Shown here: positions 58,001-64,000 of the stretch, in pieces
Layout of the letters: each line of letters opens with the position of its first letter
Position numbering within the stretch: position 1 is the first letter of the stretch
The notes under the pieces: generated by a model
Told to the model about the DNA's origin: nothing
Database searches by the model: none
The model's input: the letters and a program-made list of their open reading frames with translations, nothing else
From: Gordius albopunctatus
Taxonomy: Eukaryota
Reading direction: 5' to 3'
Assembly (NCBI GenBank): GCA_964276515.1
Contig: OZ193909.1
Location: 9,486,001-9,550,000, forward strand
Length of the DNA stretch: 64,000 nucleotides
Made by a program: the position numbers and the translations under genes

Positions 58001-60153
58001 CACGAGGGCTATATGCTCTAACAAAAAAAATTGACAAAAATTTTGAGGTCGAAAAAAATATTTATTTTCATATTATTTGGAAAGGGGGATGAAAAAATGT
58101 TTAAAAGTCAGTAAATATTCTTAGCATTATGTCCTTGTTAAAATCACGATAAGAATTTTTTCACGGGGGGGAAGTTTTAGATTGAGAGAAACTAAACTTT
58201 TTATGTTGCGTTTAGATTGTTTTTAAATCGCTTTCTAAGCCTGTCTTTAGTTTTTGTGAAACAAGCTCTAGGTGATCGTGATTCAAAGTTAATAATTTTT
58301 GAGGACTGATCAAAAAAATTTTTTAACGAATTCACCTCTGATATCGAAAACTTTCATGAGGGCTATATGGTTGAACAAAAAATTTAAAAAATTTTGAGGT
58401 CGAAAAAAATATTTATTTTCATATTCTTTCGAAAGGGGGCTGAAGAAATAATTAAAAGATAGTAAATATTCTTAGCATTATGTCCTTGTTAAAATCCCGA
58501 TAAGAATTTTTGCACGGGGGGAAGTTTTAGATTGAGAGAAACTAAACTTTTTATTTTGCGTTTAGATTGTTTTTAAATCGCTTTCTAAGCCTGTCTTTAG
58601 TTTTTGTGAAACAAGCTCTAGGTAATCGTGATTCAAAGTTAATAATTTTTGAGGACTGATCAAAAAATTTTTTTAACGAATTCACCTCTGATATTGAAAA
58701 CTTTCACGAGGGCTATATACTTTAACAAAAAAAATTGACAAAAATTTTGAGGTCGAAAAAAATATTTATTTTCATATTATTTGGAAAGGTGGCTGAAAAA
58801 ATGTTTAAAAGTCAGTAAATATTCTTAGCATTATGTCCTTGTAAAAAACCCGATAAGAATTTTTTCACGGGGGGAAGTTTTAGATTGAGAGAAACTAAAC
58901 TTTTTATGTTGCGTTTAGATTGTTTCAAAATCGCTTTCTAAGCCTGTCTTTAGTTTTTGTGAAACAAGCTCTAGGTGATCGTGATTCAAAGTTAATAATT
59001 TTTGAGGACTGATCAAAAATTATTTTTAACGAATTCACCTCTGACATCGAAAACTTTCACGAGGGCTATATGCTCTAACAAAAAAAATTGACAAAAATTT
59101 TGAGGTCGAAAAAAATATTTATTTTCATATTATTTGGAAAGGGGGATGAAAAAATGTTTAAAAGTCAGTAAATATTCTTAGCATTATGTCCTTGTTAAAA
59201 TCACGATAAGAATTTTTTCACGGGGGGGAAGTTTTAGATTGAGAGAAACTAAACTTTTTATGTTGCGTTTAGATTGTTTTTAAATCGCTTTCTAAGCCTG
59301 TCTTTAGTTTTTGTGAAACAAGCTCTAGGTGATCGTGATTCAAAGTTAATAATTTTTGAGGACTGATCAAAAAATTTTTTTAATGAATTCACCTCTGATA
59401 TTGAAAACTTTCACGAGGGCTATATACTTTAACAAAAAAAATTGACAAAAATTTTGAGGTCGAAAAAAATATTTATTTTCATATTATTTGGAAAGGTGGC
59501 TGAAAAAATGTTTAAAAGTCAGTAAATATTCTTAGCATTATGTCCTTGTTAAAATCCCGATAAGAATTTTTTCACGGGGGGAAGTTTTAGATTGAGAGAA
59601 ACTAAACTTTTTATGTTGCGTTTAGATTGTTTCAAAATCGCTTTCTAAGCCTGTCTTTAGTTTTTGTGAAACAAGCTCTAGGTGATCGTGATTCAAAGTT
59701 AATAATTTTTGAGGACTGATCAAAAAATTTTTTTAACGAATTCACCTCTGATATCGAAAACTTTCATGAGGGCTATATGGTTGAACAAAAAATTTAAAAA
59801 ATTTTGAGGTCGAAAAAAATATTTATTTTCATATTCTTTCGAAAGGGGGCGGAAGAAATAATTAAAAGATAGTAAATATTCTTAGCATTATGTCCTTGTT
59901 AAAATCCCGATAAGAATTTTTGCAAGGGGGGAAGTTTTAGATTGAGAGAAACTAAACTTTTTATGTTGCGTTTAGATCGTTTTGAAATCGCTTTCTAAGC
60001 CTGTCTTTAGTTTTTGTGAAACAAGCTCTAGGTGATCGTGATTCAAAGTTAATAATTTTTGAGGACTGATCAAAAAATTTTTTTAACGAATTCACCTCTG
60101 ATATTGAAAACTTTCACGAGGGCTATATACTTTAACAAAAAAAATTGACAAAA

Positions 60154-62839
60154 ATTTTGAGGTCGAAAAAAATATTTATTTTCATATTATTTGGAAAGGT
60201 GGCTGAAAAAATGTTTAAAAGTCAGTAAATATTCTTAGCATTATGTCCTTGTTAAAATCCCGATAAGAATTTTTTCACGGGGGGAAGTTTTAGATTGAGA
60301 GAAACTAAACTTTTTATGTTGCGTTTAGATTGTTTCAAAATCGCTTTCTAAGCCTGTCTTTAGTTTTTGTGAAACAAGCTCTAGGTGATCGTGATTCAAA
60401 GTTAATAATTTTTGAGGACTGATCAAAAAATTTTTTTAACGAATTCACCTCTGATATCGAAAACTTTCATGAGGGCTATATGGTTGAACAAAAAATTTAA
60501 AAAATTATGAGGTCGAAAAAAATATTTATTTTCATATTATTTGTAAAGGAAGCTGAAAAAATCTTTAAAAGTCAGAAAATATTCTTAGCATTATGTCCTT
60601 GTTAAAATCCCGATAAGATTTTTCCACTGGGGGAAGTTTTAGATTGAGAGAAATTAAACTTTTCGTGTTGCGTTTAGATTGTTTCAAGATCGCTTTCTAA
60701 TTTCGTCTATAGTTTTTGTGAAACAAGCTCTATGTGATCGTGATTCAAAGTTAATAATTTTTGAGGACTGATCAAAAAAATTTTTTAACGAATTCACCTC
60801 TGATATCGAAAACTTTCATGAGGGCTATATGGTTGAACAAAAAATTTAAAAAATTTTGAGGTCGAAAAAAATATTTATTTTCATATTCTTTCGAAAGGGG
60901 GCTGAAGAAATAATTAAAAGATAGTAAATATTCTTAGCATTATGTCCTTGTTAAAATCCCGATAAGAATTTTTGCACGGGGGGAAGTTTTAGATTGAGAG
61001 AAACTAAACTTTTTATGTTGCGTTTAGATTGTTTTTAAATCGCTTTCTAAGCCTGTCTTTAGTTTTTGTGAAACAAGCTCTAGGTGATCGTGATTCAAAG
61101 TTAATAATTTTTGAGGACTGATCAAAAAAATTTTTTAACGAATTCACCTCTGATATTGAAAACTTTCACGAGGGCTATATACTTTAACAAAAAAAATTGA
61201 CAAAAATTTTGAGGTCGAAAAAAATATTTATTTTCATATTATTTGGAAAGGTGGCTGAAAAAATGTTTAAAAGTCAGTAAATATTCATAGCATTATGTCC
61301 TTGTTAAAATCCCGATAAGAATTTTTTCACGGGGGGAAGTTTTAGATTGAGAGAAACTAAACTTTTCGTGTTGCGTTTAGATTGTTTCAAAATCGCTTTC
61401 TAATCGCGTCTCTAGTTTTTATGAAACAAGCTCTCTGTGATTATGATTAAAAGTTCATAATTTTTGAGGACTGATCAAAAATTATTTTTAACGAATTCAC
61501 CTCTGACATCGAAAACTTTCACGAGGGCGATATGCTCTAACAAAAAAAATTGACAAAAATTTTGAGGTCGAAAAAAATATTTATTTTCATATTATTTGGA
61601 AAGGTGGCTGAAAAAATGTTTAAAAGTCAGTAAATATTCATAGCATTATGTCCTTGTTAAAATCCCGATAAGAATTTTTGCACGGGGGGAAGTTTTAGAT
61701 TGAGAGAAACTAAACTTTTTATGTTGCGTTTAGATTGTTTTTAAATCGCTTTCTAAGCCTGTCTTTAGTTTTTGTGAAACAAGCTCTAGGTGATCGTGAT
61801 TCAAAGTTAATAATTTTTGAGGACTGATCAAAAAATTTTTTTAACGAATTCACCTCTGATATCGAAAACTTTCATGAGGGCTATATGGTTGAACAAAAAA
61901 TTTAAAAAATTTTGAGGTCGAAAAAAATATTTATTTTCATATTCTTTCGAAAGGGGGCGGAAGAAATAATTAAAAGATAGTAAATATTCTTAGCATTATG
62001 TCCTTGTTAAAATCCCGATGAGAATTTTTGCACGGGTGGAGTTTTAGATTGAGAAAAACTAAACTTTTCGTGTTGCGTTTCGATTGTTTCAAAATCGCTT
62101 TCTAATCGCGTCTCTAGTTTTTATGAAACAAGCTCTATGTGATTATGATTAAAAGTTAATAATTTTTGAGGACTGATCAAAAAATTTTTTAACGAATTCA
62201 CCTCTGACATCGAAAACTTTCACGAGGGCTATATGCTCTAACAAAAAAAATTGACAAAAATTTTGAGGTCGAAAAAAATATTTATTTTCATATTATTTGG
62301 AAAGGGGGATGAAAAAATCTTTAAAAGTCAATAAATATTCTTAGTATTATGTCCATGTTAAAATCCCGATAAGAATTTTTGCACGGGGGGAAGTTTTAGA
62401 TTGAGAGAAACTAAACTTTTCGTGTTGCGTTTAGATTGTTTCAAAATCGCTTTCTAATCGCGTCTCTAGTTTTTATGAAACAAGCTCTATGTGATTATGA
62501 TTAAAAGTTAATAATTTTTGAGGACTGATCAAAAATTATTTTTACCGAATTCACCTCTGACATCAAAAACTTTCACGAGGGCTATATGCTTTAACAAAAA
62601 AAATTGACAAAAATTTTGAGGTCGAAAAAAATGTTTATTTTCATATTCTTTCGAAAGGGGGCTGAACCAATATTTAAAAGTCAGTAAATATTCTTAGCAT
62701 TATGTCCTTGTTAAAATCTCGATAAGAATTTTTTCACGGGGGGAAGTTTTAGATTGAGAGAAACTAAACTTTTTATGTTGCGTTTAGATTGTTTCAAAAT
62801 CGCTTTCTAAGCCTGTCTTTAGTTTTTGTGAAACAAGCT
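60154..62839 (+). repeat. Dispersed block copy 2 of 52414-55099
   Basis: Printed lines match at a +7740 offset. The match ends at 55100/62840 (a vs c) and 52413/60153 (t vs a). Confidence 0.92.
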
Positions 62840-64000
62840 CTAGGTGATCGTGATTCAAAGTTAATAATTTTTGAGGACTGATCAAAAAATTTTTTTAACG
62901 AATTCACCTCTGATATTGAAAACTTTCACGAGGGCTATATACTTTAACAAAAAAAATTGACAAAAATTTTGAGGTCGAAAAAAATATTTATTTTTATATT
63001 ATTTGGAAAGGTGGCTGAAAAAATGTTTAAAAGTCAGTAAATATTCTTAGCATTATGTCCTTGTTAAAATCCCGATAAGAATTTTTTCACGGGGGGAAGT
63101 TTTAGATTGAGAGAAACTAAACTTTTTATGTTGCGTTTAGATTGTTTCAAAATCGCTTTCTAAGCCTGTCTTTAGTTTTTGTGAAACAAGCTCTAGGTGA
63201 TCGTGATTCAAAGTTAATAATTTTTGAGGACTGATCAAAAAATTTTTTTAACGAATTCACCTCTGATATCGAAAACTTTCATGAGGGCTATATGGTTGAA
63301 CAAAAAATTTAAAAAATTTTGAGGTCGAAAAAAATATTTATTTTCATATTATTTGTAAAGGAAGCTGAAAAAATCTTTAAAAGTCAGAAAATATTCTTAG
63401 CATTATGTCCTTGTTAAAATCCCGATAAGATTTTTCCACTGGGGGAAGTTTTAGATTGAGAGAAATTAAACTTTTCGTGTTGCGTTTAGATTGTTTCAAG
63501 ATCGCTTTCTAATTTCGTCTATAGTTTTTGTGAAACAAGCTCTATGTGATCGTGATTCAAAGTTAATAATTTTTGAGGACTGATCAAAAAATTTTTTTAA
63601 CGAATTCACCTCTGATATCGAAAACTTTCATGAGGGCTATATGGTTGAACAAAAAATTTAAAAAATTTTGAGGTCGAAAAAAATATTTATTTTCATATTA
63701 TTTGTAAAGGAAGCTGAAAAAATCTTTAAAAGTCAGAAAATATTCTTAGCATTATGTCCTTGTTAAAATCCCGATAAGATTTTTCCACTGGGGGAAGTTT
63801 TAGATTGAGAGAAATTAAACTTTTCGTGTTGCGTTTAGATTGTTTCAAGATCGCTTTCTAATTTCGTCTATAGTTTTTGTGAAACAAGCTCTATGTGATC
63901 GTGATTCAAAGTTAATAATTTTTGAGGACTGATCAAAAAAATTTTTTAACGAATTCACCTCTGATATCGAAAACTTTCATGAGGGCTATATGGTTGAACA

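Larger units (their letters stand above)
1..64000. repeat. Tandem satellite DNA array, ~351-bp AT-rich monomer, ~182 head-to-tail copies, running off both ends of the window
   Basis: GAATTCAC recurs at 274, 627, 982, 1335, 1684, 2037, 2385 (spacing 348-355 bp) and continues to ~63951. All copies have the same orientation and no unique sequence is interspersed. Confidence 0.99.

Noticed and set aside
1..64000. CRISPR array or repeat-spacer system
   Set aside because: There are no unique spacers; the sequence between conserved boxes is itself homologous in every unit, and no cas or other genes are present.
1..64000. Assignment to known ~360-bp satellites (Drosophila 1.688/359-bp, Tribolium TCAST1)
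   Set aside because: Length and AT content are similar, but I do not recognise matching sequence from memory. A BLASTN search is needed, so the family is left unnamed.
1..64000. Single fixed-period higher-order repeat, inversion or transposon insertion
   Set aside because: Observed offsets vary (1, 2, 3, 6, 7, 8, 9, 22 and 42 monomers). No reverse-orientation monomers or foreign sequence were seen on reading through.
1..64000. Tandem RNA-gene array (5S rDNA, tRNA, spliced leader) or G-quadruplex array
   Set aside because: No recognisable RNA gene sequence is present. The G-runs are only two per monomer and far apart.

Overview
The whole 64-kb window is one uninterrupted, head-to-tail, single-orientation array of an AT-rich satellite DNA (about 30% GC by my hand count of one monomer). 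The monomer is about 349-353 bp, giving roughly 182 copies, almost all carrying one GAATTC. I see no genuine genes, RNA genes, transposon insertions, inversions or CRISPR structure; the two listed ORFs are accidental stop-codon read-throughs. This looks like eukaryotic (peri)centromeric or heterochromatic satellite, but I cannot name the family or species. The information lies in how variants are arranged. There is a near-perfect tandem duplication with a 14.72-kb period (about 42 monomers, 22.85-52.41 kb) that contains older nested duplications. There are also 7-mer, 8-mer, 3-mer, 2-mer and single-monomer duplications, dispersed block copies, two deletion variants whose undeleted progenitors are still present, two variant domains, a diverged patch at about 55.5-57 kb, modular chimeric monomers and an apparent CpG-transition bias. 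I found no evidence for a novel protein-coding system. Coordinates and offsets were read by eye from diagnostic variants, so block boundaries are approximate.
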